From an uncultured bacterium (lineage in GTDB: Bacteria > Fermentibacterota > Fermentibacteria > Fermentibacterales > JCC-6), in contig CAZIPI010000001.1 of NCBI GenBank assembly GCA_964541235.1, forward strand, positions 110,774 through 174,773: a DNA stretch of 64,000 bases, given 5' to 3'. The notes under the pieces are model-generated. The model did not search any database. It worked only from the letters and a program-made list of their open reading frames with translations, and had not been told where the DNA came from. Positions 29,633 to 40,190 of the stretch are shown one piece after another (the first letter of the stretch is position 1; each line of letters starts with the position of its first letter). The position numbers and the translations under genes were made by a program.

Positions 29633-30053
29633 CCACCACCTCCAGGCCCATGCTCCGGGCGGTGCCCCGGATCATCTCCACCGCGGATTCCTCGGATGCG
29701 GCGTTGAGGTCCTTCATCTTCGTGCGGGCAATCTCGCGGCACTGGGCAAGGGTTACGGTCCCAACCTTGTTGCGGTTGGATTCCGGCGACCCCTTTGCCA
29801 GGCCGGCGGCCCGTTTCAGAAGGATCGCAGCGGGAGGCGACTTGAGCTCGAAGGTAAAGCTTCTGTCCTTGTAGACCGTGACCACCGCCGGGATGATCAG
29901 GCCTTCCTGCCCCTGGGTACGGGCATTGAACTCCTTGCAGAACCCGGCGAGGTTGATGCCGTACTGGCCCAGTGCGGGCCCCACGGGGGGCGCCGGAGTG
30001 GCCTGTCCTGCGGGGAGCTGAAGCTTTACCATGCCCAAGATCTTCTTGGCCAT
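29625..30053 (-). CDS. rplK: 50S ribosomal protein L11
   Basis: [30 protein letters not shown]. The start was set at the internal ATG (30051-30053), which has an AAAGGAG Shine-Dalgarno sequence; the ORF-track start is 30068. Confidence 0.9.
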   Translation of the reverse strand: MAKKILGMVKLQLPAGQATPAPPVGPALGQYGINLAGFCKEFNARTQGQEGLIIPAVVTVYKDRSFTFELKSPPAAILLKRAAGLAKGSPESNRNKVGTVTLAQCREIARTKMKDLNAASEESAVEMIRGTARSMGLEVVDG

Positions 30054-30150
30054 GGGAACTCCTTTCATCCGTCCCGTTCCTCCCCTTGATGGAACGGCGG
30101 CGGACCGATTGCGGGGTTGGAAAACCCCCTGTTATGGCCCGGGGTTTCCC

Positions 30151-30732
30151 CTAGACCAGCCTGATCTGGGAATGGTCAATCTCCACCGGGGCCTTGCGGC
30201 CGAAGATCGTGAAGATGACCCTCACCTTACCCCTCTCGGGGTTGATGGACTCGATGACGCCCGTGAAATTGCGGAAGGGGCCCTCCACCACGCGGACGGT
30301 CTGACCGACCTTGAAGGATATCCGGACGACCTTCCTCTCCTCGGAGCCGTCGGTCTGGCCGAGGATCCGCCGCATGTCCGAGTCCGGCAGCGGTGTGGGT
30401 CTTCCCTTGTTCATGGGAGGAAAACCGCTCACGTTGACCATGCCCCTTATGTCGAGAATCATCTCGTCGTCAACTTCCAGCTGGACGAAGACGTAGCCCG
30501 GGTAGAGCTTCTTCTCTCTGGTGACATCCTTGCCGTTCCGGCGGTTGGTGATCTCCTCGGTGGGAATGACCACCTTTCCGACCCGGCCGGGGAACTTCCT
30601 CTTGAGCGCGCCTTCGAGGAACTTCTTCACCCTGAGCTCGTAGCCGGAGTAGGAGTGCACCACGTACCACTTGAGGTTCCCGGTTTCCTCCAGGACGCCC
30701 TCTTCCACGGCGGACAGCCCGGGTGCCGCCAT
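30151..30732 (-). CDS. nusG: Transcription termination/antitermination factor NusG
   Basis: NGN domain (KWYVVHSYSGYE) plus the KOW motif (FKVGQTVRVVEGPFRNFTGVIESI). Confidence 0.95.
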   Translation of the reverse strand: MAAPGLSAVEEGVLEETGNLKWYVVHSYSGYELRVKKFLEGALKRKFPGRVGKVVIPTEEITNRRNGKDVTREKKLYPGYVFVQLEVDDEMILDIRGMVNVSGFPPMNKGRPTPLPDSDMRRILGQTDGSEERKVVRISFKVGQTVRVVEGPFRNFTGVIESINPERGKVRVIFTIFGRKAPVEIDHSQIRLV

Positions 30733-30974
30733 CAGTCGAGCGTCCTGATGAGGAAGGACATGGTCTGGGAGGCAAGGGTGTCCGCCAGGAAAATCCAGAC
30801 AGCCACCACCGCCACGGCGGCCAGGATGACCCAGGTGGATGCTATGGTCTCATCCCTGGTGGGCCAGGCCACCTTCACCAGCTCCGCCTTGACTTCACCA
30901 AGGAACTCGACGGCCAACCCCGTCCATCTGGACAGGAAGCCGAGTCTGCCTCCACCGGCCGTTTTAGCCGCCAT
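30732..30974 (-). CDS. secE: Preprotein translocase subunit SecE
   Basis: Start at the internal ATG (MAAKTAGG...EFLGEVKAELVKVAWPTRDE...). Single C-terminal TM segment. The position between tRNA-Trp and nusG is canonical. Confidence 0.85.
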   Translation of the reverse strand: MAAKTAGGGRLGFLSRWTGLAVEFLGEVKAELVKVAWPTRDETIASTWVILAAVAVVAVWIFLADTLASQTMSFLIRTLD

Positions 30975-31037
30975 GTTGAAATGCTCCGTCCCGTCGTTTC
31001 GTTTTCGTTGCACTGCCGTGGCCAACCGTCTGGGAAC

Positions 31038-31113
31038 TGGCAGGGCAGGAAGGACTCGAACCCTCAACCCCCGGATTTGGAGTCCGGTGCACTGCCAATT
31101 GTGCTACTGCCCT
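31038..31113 (-). tRNA. tRNA-Trp (anticodon CCA)
   Basis: Manual fold gives acceptor stem AGGGCAG/CTGCCCT, anticodon loop CUCCAAA, T-loop TTCGAGT and an encoded 3' CCA. 76 nt. Confidence 0.9.
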
Positions 31114-31138
31114 GCGTTCCCCGCCGCCGCGCCCGGTT

Positions 31139-31288
31139 CTACTTGCCTTCCCTGTGCTTGGTATGCTTTCGGCAGAACCGGCAATACTTGTTCAACTCCA
31201 TCCTGTCCGGATGGGTTCTCTTGTTCTTCGTGGTGCTGTAGTTGCGATGCTTGCACTCGGTGCAGGCCAGGGTGATTATCACTCGCAC
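31139..31288 (-). CDS. rpmG: 50S ribosomal protein L33 (GTG start)
   Basis: Reverse translation gives (M/V)[48 protein letters not shown], which has the L33 Cys4 motif. It is not in the ORF track because it is 49 aa with a GTG start. Confidence 0.85.
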   Translation of the reverse strand: MRVIITLACTECKHRNYSTTKNKRTHPDRMELNKYCRFCRKHTKHREGK

Positions 31289-31295
31289 CTTTCAC

Positions 31296-32492
<1,197 letters not shown>

Positions 32493-32566
32493 GTGTCTGG
32501 CTCCCTCTCATGAGTGGGTTTTCCGGTTGACCCGTTTTCCGCCCTTTTTTATCGCAATACCAGGCC

Positions 32567-32642
<76 letters not shown>

Positions 32643-32668
32643 TTTCCAGACCATCCAGAAAACCTCTT

Positions 32669-32744
32669 TGGAGCGGGAGACGGGGTTCGAACCCGCGACC
32701 CTCAGCTTGGAAGGCTGATGCTCTGCCAACTGAGCTACTCCCGC
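32669..32744 (-). tRNA. tRNA-Gly (anticodon TCC)
   Basis: GCGGGAGTAGCTCAGTTGGCAGAGCATCAGCCTTCCAAGCTGAGGGTCGCGGGTTCGAACCCCCGTCTCCCGCTCCA. Confidence 0.9.
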
Positions 32745-32762
32745 TCATAGAATAAAACATCC

Positions 32763-32851
32763 TGGTGGCGAGGGGTGGATTCGAACCACCGTAGGCGTCC
32801 GCCAACAGATTTACAGTCTGCCCCCTTTGGCCGCTCGGGAACCTCGCCACC
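32763..32851 (-). tRNA. tRNA-Tyr (anticodon GTA), type II with long variable arm
   Basis: GGTGGCGAGGTTCCCGAGCGGCCAAAGGGGGCAGACTGTAAATCTG...GGTTCGAATCCACCCCTCGCCACCA. The 3' CCA does not appear to be encoded. End coordinates are accurate to about 2 nt. Confidence 0.85.
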
Positions 32852-32886
32852 GCTATGCAAACCACGCCGTAAAGCGCATTTCTTCC

Positions 32887-32962
32887 TGGAGCTGGCGATG
32901 GGACTTGAACCCGCAACCTGCTGATTACAAATCAGCTGCTCTGCCAGTTGAGCTACGCCAGC
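32887..32962 (-). tRNA. tRNA-Thr (anticodon TGT)
   Basis: GCTGGCGTAGCTCAACTGGCAGAGCAGCTGATTTGTAATCAGCAGGTTGCGGGTTCAAGTCCCATCGCCAGCTCCA. Confidence 0.9.
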
Positions 32963-32973
32963 ACAGGGTCACG

Positions 32974-33003
32974 AACATACAACACAAAAATACAATCCGT
33001 CAA
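32974..33003 (-). promoter_or_regulatory. Putative sigma70-type promoter of the tRNA-tuf transcription unit
   Basis: On the minus strand, TTGACG (32998-33003), an 18-nt spacer, then TATGTT (32974-32979), about 11 nt upstream of the mature tRNA-Thr 5' end. An A-rich tract upstream looks like an UP element. Confidence 0.5.
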
Positions 33004-33029
33004 GCTTTTTTCAGCCGCCCGGCCGCAAG

Positions 33030-33058
33030 TTGACGAAGCGTCTTTTCCAACGTACTCT
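33030..33058 (+). promoter_or_regulatory. Putative divergent promoter for the lipoprotein/ABC operon
   Basis: TTGACG (33030-35), a 17-nt spacer, then TACTCT (33053-58), about 30 nt upstream of the ATG at 33091. Confidence 0.35.
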
Positions 33059-33090
33059 ACCGGGTGGGGAAGATACCCCTTGGAGGTAAA

Positions 33091-33909
33091 ATGTCAACGA
33101 CCATGACCCGAACGCTTCTGTTTGCGGCGCTGCTTCTTGTCATCGGGTGCGGCGGCGGGATACGGGACGAGCTGTCCATGGTGCCCGGCACCTGCCTCTT
33201 CCATGTTCACCTTGAAAAGGGCATCTCGCCGGCGGTCCTGAACGAGCTGGTATCCCTTGACCGCAACCTGGTGCTGGCCGAGTCCCTTCTCGCAAGGGGC
33301 CCAGTAGGCGTAACCCTGATGGGGGTGGACATCACCAGCCTCTCCCCGCAGTTCCTGTTCCTCACCAGGCGTGTCTCCCCGGACAGGGCCGCCGACCTTG
33401 CGGCCGAAATGCTGAACCTGTCCAGGACCGAAGACGGCAGCCGCATCAACCTTGCTGACAGGACAGGCCTCATCCGGGCATCGGTCACGGGCAGGAAGGG
33501 GTGGACGGCGATCTACCTCGGACCCGCTGCCAACATCACTGCGGATGCCTGGCTCAGGATGGAGAAGGTGGGCTCCCTGGCCGCGGACGAAGCCCTTCTT
33601 CAGGCGCTTCCCGGCAGACACCATGCCACGCTCATGCTGCCGGGGAACCTTTTCGCCTTCGTTTCGCTCCTTCCTGTTGAACGTTACATCCCCTGGTGGG
33701 AGGAGTACACCAGGATCTCGCGGCTGGTCAGGCCTTCCGCCATGACCCTTTCGGTCACTTGGCCATCGAGCGGAAGGATCGTCCTCGAAGCCATCATGGC
33801 ACGGGAGGACGGAGGCGTGACCTCCGCACGGTTCTCCATCGACGATACGGGTGTGAGCCCCGACAGCGTTTTCGCGCTCCTGTCCGGGCTCGCCGGAGGT
33901 CTTCTGTGA
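33091..33909 (+). CDS. Hypothetical lipoprotein (lipobox LLVIGC)
   Basis: Start at an ATG with a GGAGGT Shine-Dalgarno sequence. Signal peptide MSTTMTRTLLFAALLLVIGCGGG. The stop overlaps the next gene's GTG start (GTGA). Confidence 0.55.
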   Translation: MSTTMTRTLLFAALLLVIGCGGGIRDELSMVPGTCLFHVHLEKGISPAVLNELVSLDRNLVLAESLLARGPVGVTLMGVDITSLSPQFLFLTRRVSPDRAADLAAEMLNLSRTEDGSRINLADRTGLIRASVTGRKGWTAIYLGPAANITADAWLRMEKVGSLAADEALLQALPGRHHATLMLPGNLFAFVSLLPVERYIPWWEEYTRISRLVRPSAMTLSVTWPSSGRIVLEAIMAREDGGVTSARFSIDDTGVSPDSVFALLSGLAGGLL

Positions 33910-34580
33910 ACCCGGTGATAGAGGCCCGCGGCATCCACAGATCGTTCGGCGACATACCGGTGCTCCAGGGACTCGACATCTCCATGGAACCGGGAGGCTT
34001 CATAGCCGTCACAGGAAGGAGCGGCTCGGGGAAGAGCACGCTGCTGGGAATTCTCGGCACCCTTGACAGGGACTTCAAGGGGACCCTTCACATCGGCGGG
34101 GTGGACACCGCCACCCTTGACGGAGAAGCCCTTGCCGGTCTGAGACGGGAGAAGCTGGGCTTCATATTTCAGGACTTCCACCTTCTTCCGAACCTGACCG
34201 CGCTGGAGAACGTGCTTCTGCCGGCGGTCTTCTCGGGACGGGAGATGGAGCCTGTGGAGAGGGAGGCGCGGGAACTGCTGGACAGGCTCGGCATACGCCT
34301 GGACGCAACCCCCAGCCGCTTCCTCTCCAGGGGTGAGAGGCAGAGGGTTGCAGCCGCCAGGGCGCTGGCAGGAAAGCCCGACGTTCTCCTGGCCGATGAG
34401 CCCACAGCAAGCCTTGATGAGGCCAGCGAGGAGATCCTTTTCGATCTCCTCGACAGCATGCGCCGGGAAAAGGGGTTCGCCCTGATGGCGGTGGTCCACA
34501 CCGCCGGCGTCCTTGAACGGGCCGACAGGGTCCTGGACCTGAGGGAGGGGGTGCTTCACGATGCGGGCATCCATGCGTAA
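33906..34580 (+). CDS. ABC transporter ATP-binding protein (LolD/MacB-type)
   Basis: Walker A (GRSGSGKST), the ABC signature (LSRGERQRVAAARAL) and Walker B (VLLADEPTASLD). The GTG start at 33906 was chosen; the track ORF 33696-34580 is an N-terminal over-extension. Confidence 0.85.
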   Translation: MNPVIEARGIHRSFGDIPVLQGLDISMEPGGFIAVTGRSGSGKSTLLGILGTLDRDFKGTLHIGGVDTATLDGEALAGLRREKLGFIFQDFHLLPNLTALENVLLPAVFSGREMEPVEREARELLDRLGIRLDATPSRFLSRGERQRVAAARALAGKPDVLLADEPTASLDEASEEILFDLLDSMRREKGFALMAVVHTAGVLERADRVLDLREGVLHDAGIHA

Positions 34581-35847
34581 GGCGATGCATCTCTGGAACA
34601 AGGGCCACTGGAGGGACTACCTGTTCAGCCAGGCCATGCTTCTGGTGGCATCCCTCCTCCTTGTTTTCTTCATCTCCATCGGTCTGGGCGTGGGGCGCAT
34701 ACTCGACCGCTTCCTGTCCAGCGACCTCCCCGAGGAGCAGGTGAGGGTCACTCCGCAGGTGATCTCCGCGGGGTTCTTCCAGACCGAAAGGGGCGGGGTG
34801 GAGATAACCGACGCGCTTCTCGACTCGCTCCTTGAGATGCCCCAGGTGGCACGGATAGACCGGCAGGTCTATGCCCATGTGCCCGCCTACCTCCGGGGGC
34901 TCCTGGGCGGCAGGAACTACTACACGGACATCACCATGGAGGGGGTCACCAGCGCTTTCGTGCCGGACAGCCTCGAGGAGCGGTTCGGGTGGGACTACAC
35001 CCTTGCCGACAGCTCGAGGGCAAGGCTGCCGATAATCCTTTCCGAGAACCTTCTTCTTCTGTACAACGCCGGCTTCGCCGAGGCCCACGGGCTGATGGGT
35101 CTCACACAGCAGGGAGTAGTGGGACTGGAGTGCCAGGTCACCCTTGGCGCCAGCTCCATCGCCAGCCTGCAGGCAAGGCCGATAACCGTCAACGCACAGA
35201 TAATCGGCACCAGCAGGAACATGGCCCTTTTCGCCCTGGCGGTTCCCATCGGTTTCGTCGAGGAGGTGAACCAGCTCTTTCTGCCTGACAGGGCCCACAG
35301 CTACAGCGCCCTGATGGTAACCGCAACCTCGGCCGAACTGGTCCCAGAGATCGTGAGGAAGGCCGAATCCCTGGGCCTCCGCGCCGAAACCCACCGGGGG
35401 ATCGCCCAGAAGGCCGAGATCCTGGTGGGCATAGTGACCGCGGCACTGGGGGCCCTGGCGGTGGCCATACTCGGCGCCGCCCTTGCAAGCGCCGTACACA
35501 CACTGGTGGCGGACCTGAAGAACCGTTCCTACGCCCTGGGGGTCCTGGTGGCCCTGGGAACCACCAGGGAGAGGCTTGCCCAGGTGTTCGCCTTCCAGAT
35601 CTTCCTGATGTCCGCCGCCACCACCCTGATCGGCGGGCTCACAGGCTGCGGGCTTGCTGCGCTGGTGAGTTACGGCCTTCTCTCACTCCTTCCCGTACTG
35701 CAGATGGCAGTCCCCTCACTGGCGGTGTTCCCCGTGGCCCATCTCCTGGCGGGGCTGGGAACCGTTCTTCTGGCTTCCACAGCATGGGCGTGGTTCTTCT
35801 TCAGAAAGATACTCGGCACGCCGGTGACCGAGTTGTTGAGGCGGTAA
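34561..35847 (+). CDS. ABC transporter permease, FtsX/LolE-like
   Basis: One N-terminal TM segment, a large periplasmic loop and three C-terminal TM segments. Adjacent to the ATPase gene. Confidence 0.7.
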   Translation: MRASMRKAMHLWNKGHWRDYLFSQAMLLVASLLLVFFISIGLGVGRILDRFLSSDLPEEQVRVTPQVISAGFFQTERGGVEITDALLDSLLEMPQVARIDRQVYAHVPAYLRGLLGGRNYYTDITMEGVTSAFVPDSLEERFGWDYTLADSSRARLPIILSENLLLLYNAGFAEAHGLMGLTQQGVVGLECQVTLGASSIASLQARPITVNAQIIGTSRNMALFALAVPIGFVEEVNQLFLPDRAHSYSALMVTATSAELVPEIVRKAESLGLRAETHRGIAQKAEILVGIVTAALGALAVAILGAALASAVHTLVADLKNRSYALGVLVALGTTRERLAQVFAFQIFLMSAATTLIGGLTGCGLAALVSYGLLSLLPVLQMAVPSLAVFPVAHLLAGLGTVLLASTAWAWFFFRKILGTPVTELLRR

Positions 35848-37040
35848 TGGGAAAGATATGCCTTCTGATATGCCTGGCGTGTGCCGGCGGGCTCATGGCC
35901 CAGTGGCCGGACAAGGTGATAGCAACCGTATCCACCGGGCAACACCCCAACGACGCCTGCTTCTCATCCGACGGGACAAGCGCCTTCGTGGCGGTGGGCT
36001 ACGGCCTGCTTTCCAGGATAAGCACCCAGTCCTGGACCGTGAGCGGAGTGCTCTCTCTGGGGGGAACCCCGATGTGCGTCACCACCGCCGGGAACACCGT
36101 GCTGGTGGCTGACGAGGGGCTTGACCGGCTTCTGTTCATCGATGGGGACTCACTGACGGTCCTGGCTGAACGGGCCATGGCCCCGGGACCGGCGGAGTTC
36201 CAGACCTCTCCCGACGGAAGCCGGGTGTACCTTTCCCACAGCGGCGGGTTCGTCAGCGTCATTGACGTTCAGACCATGGAGATAGAGTCTGTCGTATGGG
36301 TGGGCTACCAGCCCGGGGGCTGCCATGTGACCCCGGAAGGCGGAACCCTCTTCATAGCCGACAACCAGAGCCCCGAGGAAACGGCTTTCATCCTTCCGGA
36401 AGGGCCCGTCCAGAGGTTCGTATCCGGCATGGACAGCTTCGACTGCACGGGAGCGCAGGGCAAGCTCTACTTCTCCAACCCTTCCTGGGGAATCCTTCTC
36501 AGGGTTGACCAGGCGACCCGCCAGACAGAGGGAAGCCTGGGCCTCACCGGAGCCGAGCCGAGGTGGATGGCGCCCATCCCGGGCACACCCTACATGGCTG
36601 TGGTCTCCACATCTGACAACACGCTCAGGATCATAGACACCGGTCAGTTCCAGCAGTCGGGGCAGATCGCGGTCGGCGCTTCACCTCAGCGCATAAGGGT
36701 CTCCCCCGACGGCGCCTACATCCTCGTGCCCTGCCGCGGCACCGGGAAGCTCTACGTCATCGGACATGACCCGGCTGGTGTGGAGACCGGCGGCACAGGT
36801 TTCTCGCTTCGCAGTGCCGGTCCATCCGGCGCACCCGCAGTAACACTTGAACTTGACCGCCCGGTGTGCGTCACCGTGACCCTTCACGACCTTGCGGGCC
36901 GCACCGTGGCCCGGCTCCACCACGGCCCCCTTCCGGCGGGAGTACATACATTCCAGTGTCCCGGCCTGCCTGCGGGAGTGTACCACGCCGCGGCAAGGGG
37001 GGGCATCGAGGGCGGGTGCAGGCTGACGGTCATCAGATGA
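35847..37040 (+). CDS. Secreted beta-propeller (YVTN/YncE-like repeat) protein with C-terminal T9SS-type/FlgD-Ig-like sorting domain
   Basis: Start placed at MGKICLLICLACAGG (signal). Repeated 'S.DG...YV' blades. The C-terminal ~70 aa (VTLHDLAGRTVARLHHGPLPAGVHTFQCPGLPAGVYHAAARGG...LTVIR) resembles Por/T9SS C-terminal domains. Confidence 0.55.
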   Translation: MGKICLLICLACAGGLMAQWPDKVIATVSTGQHPNDACFSSDGTSAFVAVGYGLLSRISTQSWTVSGVLSLGGTPMCVTTAGNTVLVADEGLDRLLFIDGDSLTVLAERAMAPGPAEFQTSPDGSRVYLSHSGGFVSVIDVQTMEIESVVWVGYQPGGCHVTPEGGTLFIADNQSPEETAFILPEGPVQRFVSGMDSFDCTGAQGKLYFSNPSWGILLRVDQATRQTEGSLGLTGAEPRWMAPIPGTPYMAVVSTSDNTLRIIDTGQFQQSGQIAVGASPQRIRVSPDGAYILVPCRGTGKLYVIGHDPAGVETGGTGFSLRSAGPSGAPAVTLELDRPVCVTVTLHDLAGRTVARLHHGPLPAGVHTFQCPGLPAGVYHAAARGGIEGGCRLTVIR

Positions 37041-38020
37041 ACCTGGCCTTCGTTGTTCCGGTAACACGCCCGGAAGACGCCAGGGCCCTGGCTGAATGTC
37101 TGGCCGGTTCCCCGGTGACCGGGGACTGCGAGATCGTCTTCGTAACAGGGCGGAAGATTCCGGGCCTTCCCGCAAACGTCCATTGCCTGGAGACACGTGA
37201 GAGGCACGCCTCGGCCAGGCGGAACCTTGGGGTAAAGGCCACTGCGGCTGAATGGATAGCTTTCCTTGACGACGACACTCTGCCGACCGGGACCTGGTTC
37301 AAGGCCCTTTCGCATGCCATTGACGGTGCCGACCCCATCGTCACAGGCCCCACGCTGCCCATGGGCAGGGACCTCGATGAAAGGCTATCCGACCTTGTAA
37401 CCACGTCGGCCCTTGGCGAGGGAAGCATGCTCTACGGCTCAAGGGATGGGTCCTCGCCGGGTTTCAGCTCCGTCTATCTGTGCAACTGCCTGGTCAAGCG
37501 TGAGGTATGGGAACGTGTAGGAGGTTTCAACGAACTGGCGGACTGGCGCGTGGACGACACCGAGTTCTTCTACATCGCCCTGCGCCTTGGCTTCCGTCCG
37601 GTCTTCATAAGGGCCTTCACTGTCAGGCACCGGCGCAGGGGTTTCTTCCACGGCTTCCTGCCCCACCAGTTCAGGGCGCGCTTCGCCACCGGCATGAACA
37701 CGGTGATCTTCCCCGAGATATTCCTTCGGATACCGGGGGTTACCGCCATGCTAGCGGGCCTCGCTCTCGCACCGGTGATCGCTGCCGTGCCGGTCCTGCT
37801 GAAAGCCGTCATTCTTCTCTACTTCTGCGCGCTGCTCCTTGACACCCTGCTGCGGATACCCCGTGACAAAGCGGCCGCGCTTCTTCCGGTGTGCCACCCG
37901 ATCCATCACGCGACGATCGCCACCGGGTTCACACTGGGCCTCCTGCACACTCTCCTCACGCGGCGCAGGCACAAGACCGTCCTGGCCCACCGCGCGGAAA
38001 GGTACGGTGTGTTCCGGTGA
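37037..38020 (+). CDS. Glycosyltransferase family 2 with C-terminal membrane anchor
   Basis: ATG at 37037 overlapping the upstream stop (ATGA). Contains the DDD motif (IAFLDDDTLP) and C-terminal TM helices. Confidence 0.65.
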   Translation: MNLAFVVPVTRPEDARALAECLAGSPVTGDCEIVFVTGRKIPGLPANVHCLETRERHASARRNLGVKATAAEWIAFLDDDTLPTGTWFKALSHAIDGADPIVTGPTLPMGRDLDERLSDLVTTSALGEGSMLYGSRDGSSPGFSSVYLCNCLVKREVWERVGGFNELADWRVDDTEFFYIALRLGFRPVFIRAFTVRHRRRGFFHGFLPHQFRARFATGMNTVIFPEIFLRIPGVTAMLAGLALAPVIAAVPVLLKAVILLYFCALLLDTLLRIPRDKAAALLPVCHPIHHATIATGFTLGLLHTLLTRRRHKTVLAHRAERYGVFR

Positions 38021-38046
38021 GACGGCGTCCCTACGGCTTCGCCTCC

Positions 38047-39099
38047 ATGGCGCTTCGCAGCCTGTTCTCCGGAACGCCTCCGTACCTTGTCTTCTTTGTG
38101 ACATCCAGGTGCGACGCAAGGTGCGTCACCTGCTTCAACTGGAGGAACCTGAACTCGAAGCGGAAGGACCAGGAACTGTCCCTTCAGGAGATCGAGAGGA
38201 TAGCCGGTTCCTGCAAGCGGAGCGTCTTTCTATCCCTGTCGGGAGGGGAACCTTTCCTGAGGGATGACATCGCCGCCATCTGCGGGGCATTCTGCGCACG
38301 GGCAGGGACGATGATGATCAACATACCCACCAACTGCCTGCGTCCGGAAGAGATAAGGGACAGGACCCTTCAGATACTCCGGGCCTGCCCGAGGACCATC
38401 CTTCAGGTCGAGCTTTCCATCGACGGCGTCGGCGAGGTGCACGACACCGTAAGGGGTGTTCCCGGCAACTTCGGGAAAGCCATGGAGACCTTCGGGAAAC
38501 TGCACGAGCTTCAGCAGGGACAGCCTCGGCTCAGGCTCAAGGTCTGCTCTGTGCTCAACACCTGGAACCGCCACCAGATCCGCGACCTGATGGAGTTCGT
38601 GAAGCGGAACATGCCGGTGGACGACCATTCCATCGTGCCCGTTCACGGAGAACCAAGGGACGGGTCGGTCCGGGGGGACCCGGTGGAAGACTTCCGGGAA
38701 GCGGCGGCTCTCGCCGACTCGCTGCGCAACCGCGGCAGTGCAGGGTTCAGGGCCCGGGTCTTCAGGGAGGTCCAGTCACTGGCAAGGCAGAGCATGCTCG
38801 GCGCACTGGGCGGAACCGGCCGCCGATTCGTTTGTCCCGGCGGCTCGAAGATAGCCGTGATAGGGGAAACCGGCCTTGTCTATCCCTGTGAGACCATGAT
38901 GGCCGAACCCCTTGGCGACCTTCGGAAGGAAGACTACGACCTGCCCCGGATCCTCTCCCGGAAGGCAGTGAACGGGAAGTGCCAGTGCGGCTGGTCATGT
39001 GCGCACCTGGCCTCTGTCCTTTTCTCTCACCGAGGCAGGCTGAAGCTGGCGCTGCGAATGGCTGGCCTGCCCGCGAGCCGCAGGGGGGGATGCAACTGA
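38047..39099 (+). CDS. Radical SAM protein with C-terminal SPASM-like Cys cluster
   Basis: CDARCVTC (CxxxCxxC) at residues ~22-29 after the MALRSLFSG start, with SGGEPFL following. C-terminal Cys residues (CPGGSKI...YPCE...CQCGWSCAHL). Confidence 0.75.
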   Translation: MALRSLFSGTPPYLVFFVTSRCDARCVTCFNWRNLNSKRKDQELSLQEIERIAGSCKRSVFLSLSGGEPFLRDDIAAICGAFCARAGTMMINIPTNCLRPEEIRDRTLQILRACPRTILQVELSIDGVGEVHDTVRGVPGNFGKAMETFGKLHELQQGQPRLRLKVCSVLNTWNRHQIRDLMEFVKRNMPVDDHSIVPVHGEPRDGSVRGDPVEDFREAAALADSLRNRGSAGFRARVFREVQSLARQSMLGALGGTGRRFVCPGGSKIAVIGETGLVYPCETMMAEPLGDLRKEDYDLPRILSRKAVNGKCQCGWSCAHLASVLFSHRGRLKLALRMAGLPASRRGGCN

Positions 39100-40190
39100 G
39101 GCTCCTGCACGTCATCAACAACCTCAGCATTGGGGGAGCGGAGGTGCTTCTTCGCGGTTCCCTTCCGCTATTGAGGGAGCGGGGGGTGACGGCCGCGATA
39201 CTGGTGCTCTCCGGTGATGGCCGGGATATGTCGAACGACATGGTTGAAGAGGGCATCCGCGTGCTGAGAAGCCGTGCGGGCCGGTTGTCATCTCCGGCTC
39301 AGGTCCCTGAGGTCCGCAGACTTCTGAAGAGCTTCGATCCCGACATCGTTCATGTACACCTGTTCCCCTCCCTGTACTGGACCGCTCTCGCTTGCCCCGG
39401 AAACGGCCCCCCGATGGTGTACACCGAACACAGCACCATGAACAGGAGGAGGGGGCTCCCCTTCCTCCGCCCCGTGGAGACCCTCATCTACCGCCGCTAC
39501 ATAAGGATCATCTGCATCAGCGAGGGCGTTCGCGGTTCGCTCCTTTCCTGGAACCCGTCCCTCTCCCGAAGGGCCGTGGTGGTACACAACGGGATAGACA
39601 TTCAACGGATCAGAGGGGCTGAACCTGCGAACAGGGGTGAGCTTTGCCCGGGGTGCGCCCCAGGGGACAGACTGCTGGTCATGGCCGCCTCGTTCACCCG
39701 GAAGAAGGACCAGGCTACGGTGATAAGGGCTCTCGGGCACCTGCCGGAATGCTTCCGCCTGGTGCTTCCCGGTGACGGTCCCACCATCGGGGAGATGAAA
39801 AGGCTCGCCGGCGATCTTGGCCTGGCTGCGAGGGTGGGATTTCCCGGCCATTGCACCGATATCCCCGGCATCCTGAAGGCCTGCGACTACGGGATCCAGT
39901 CTTCGAACCACGAGGGGTTCGGTCTCGCTGCGGTGGAATCCATGGCGGCAGGGATACCGTTGTTCGCATCACGGATCCCCGGTCTGTCCGAGGTGGTGGG
40001 TGACGCAGGCATCCTGTTCCGGCCGGGCGATCACAGGGAACTGGCCCAGACCATCCTTGAGACTGACAGGCAGGAGGGAGCCAGGGTGAACCTTTCGCAA
40101 AAGGGGATGGAACGGGCCGAACGTTTCCGGATCGAGAACATGGTGGAAAAGCTGTTGAACATCTACGGCTCGGTGCTGGAACGGGCCTGA
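39090..40190 (+). CDS. Glycosyltransferase family 4
   Basis: ATG with a GGGGGGGA Shine-Dalgarno sequence, overlapping the radical SAM stop by 10 nt. GT-B fold with the EGFGLAAVESMAAGIP motif (the E-x7-E region). Confidence 0.8.
   Translation: MQLRLLHVINNLSIGGAEVLLRGSLPLLRERGVTAAILVLSGDGRDMSNDMVEEGIRVLRSRAGRLSSPAQVPEVRRLLKSFDPDIVHVHLFPSLYWTALACPGNGPPMVYTEHSTMNRRRGLPFLRPVETLIYRRYIRIICISEGVRGSLLSWNPSLSRRAVVVHNGIDIQRIRGAEPANRGELCPGCAPGDRLLVMAASFTRKKDQATVIRALGHLPECFRLVLPGDGPTIGEMKRLAGDLGLAARVGFPGHCTDIPGILKACDYGIQSSNHEGFGLAAVESMAAGIPLFASRIPGLSEVVGDAGILFRPGDHRELAQTILETDRQEGARVNLSQKGMERAERFRIENMVEKLLNIYGSVLERA

Noticed and set aside
30054-30150. Possible L11-operon leader or terminator hairpins between nusG and rplK (GGGGAAACCCC and GGGGTT-ttcc-AACCCC)
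   Set aside because: Short stems without a following U-tract. They cannot be distinguished from an L1-binding leader structure without covariance models, so this is not called as a feature.
33696-33905. N-terminal 70-aa extension of the ABC ATPase ORF
   Set aside because: It overlaps the lipoprotein gene in another frame. The Walker A fold begins right after the GTG at 33906, which also gives the common GTGA stop/start overlap.
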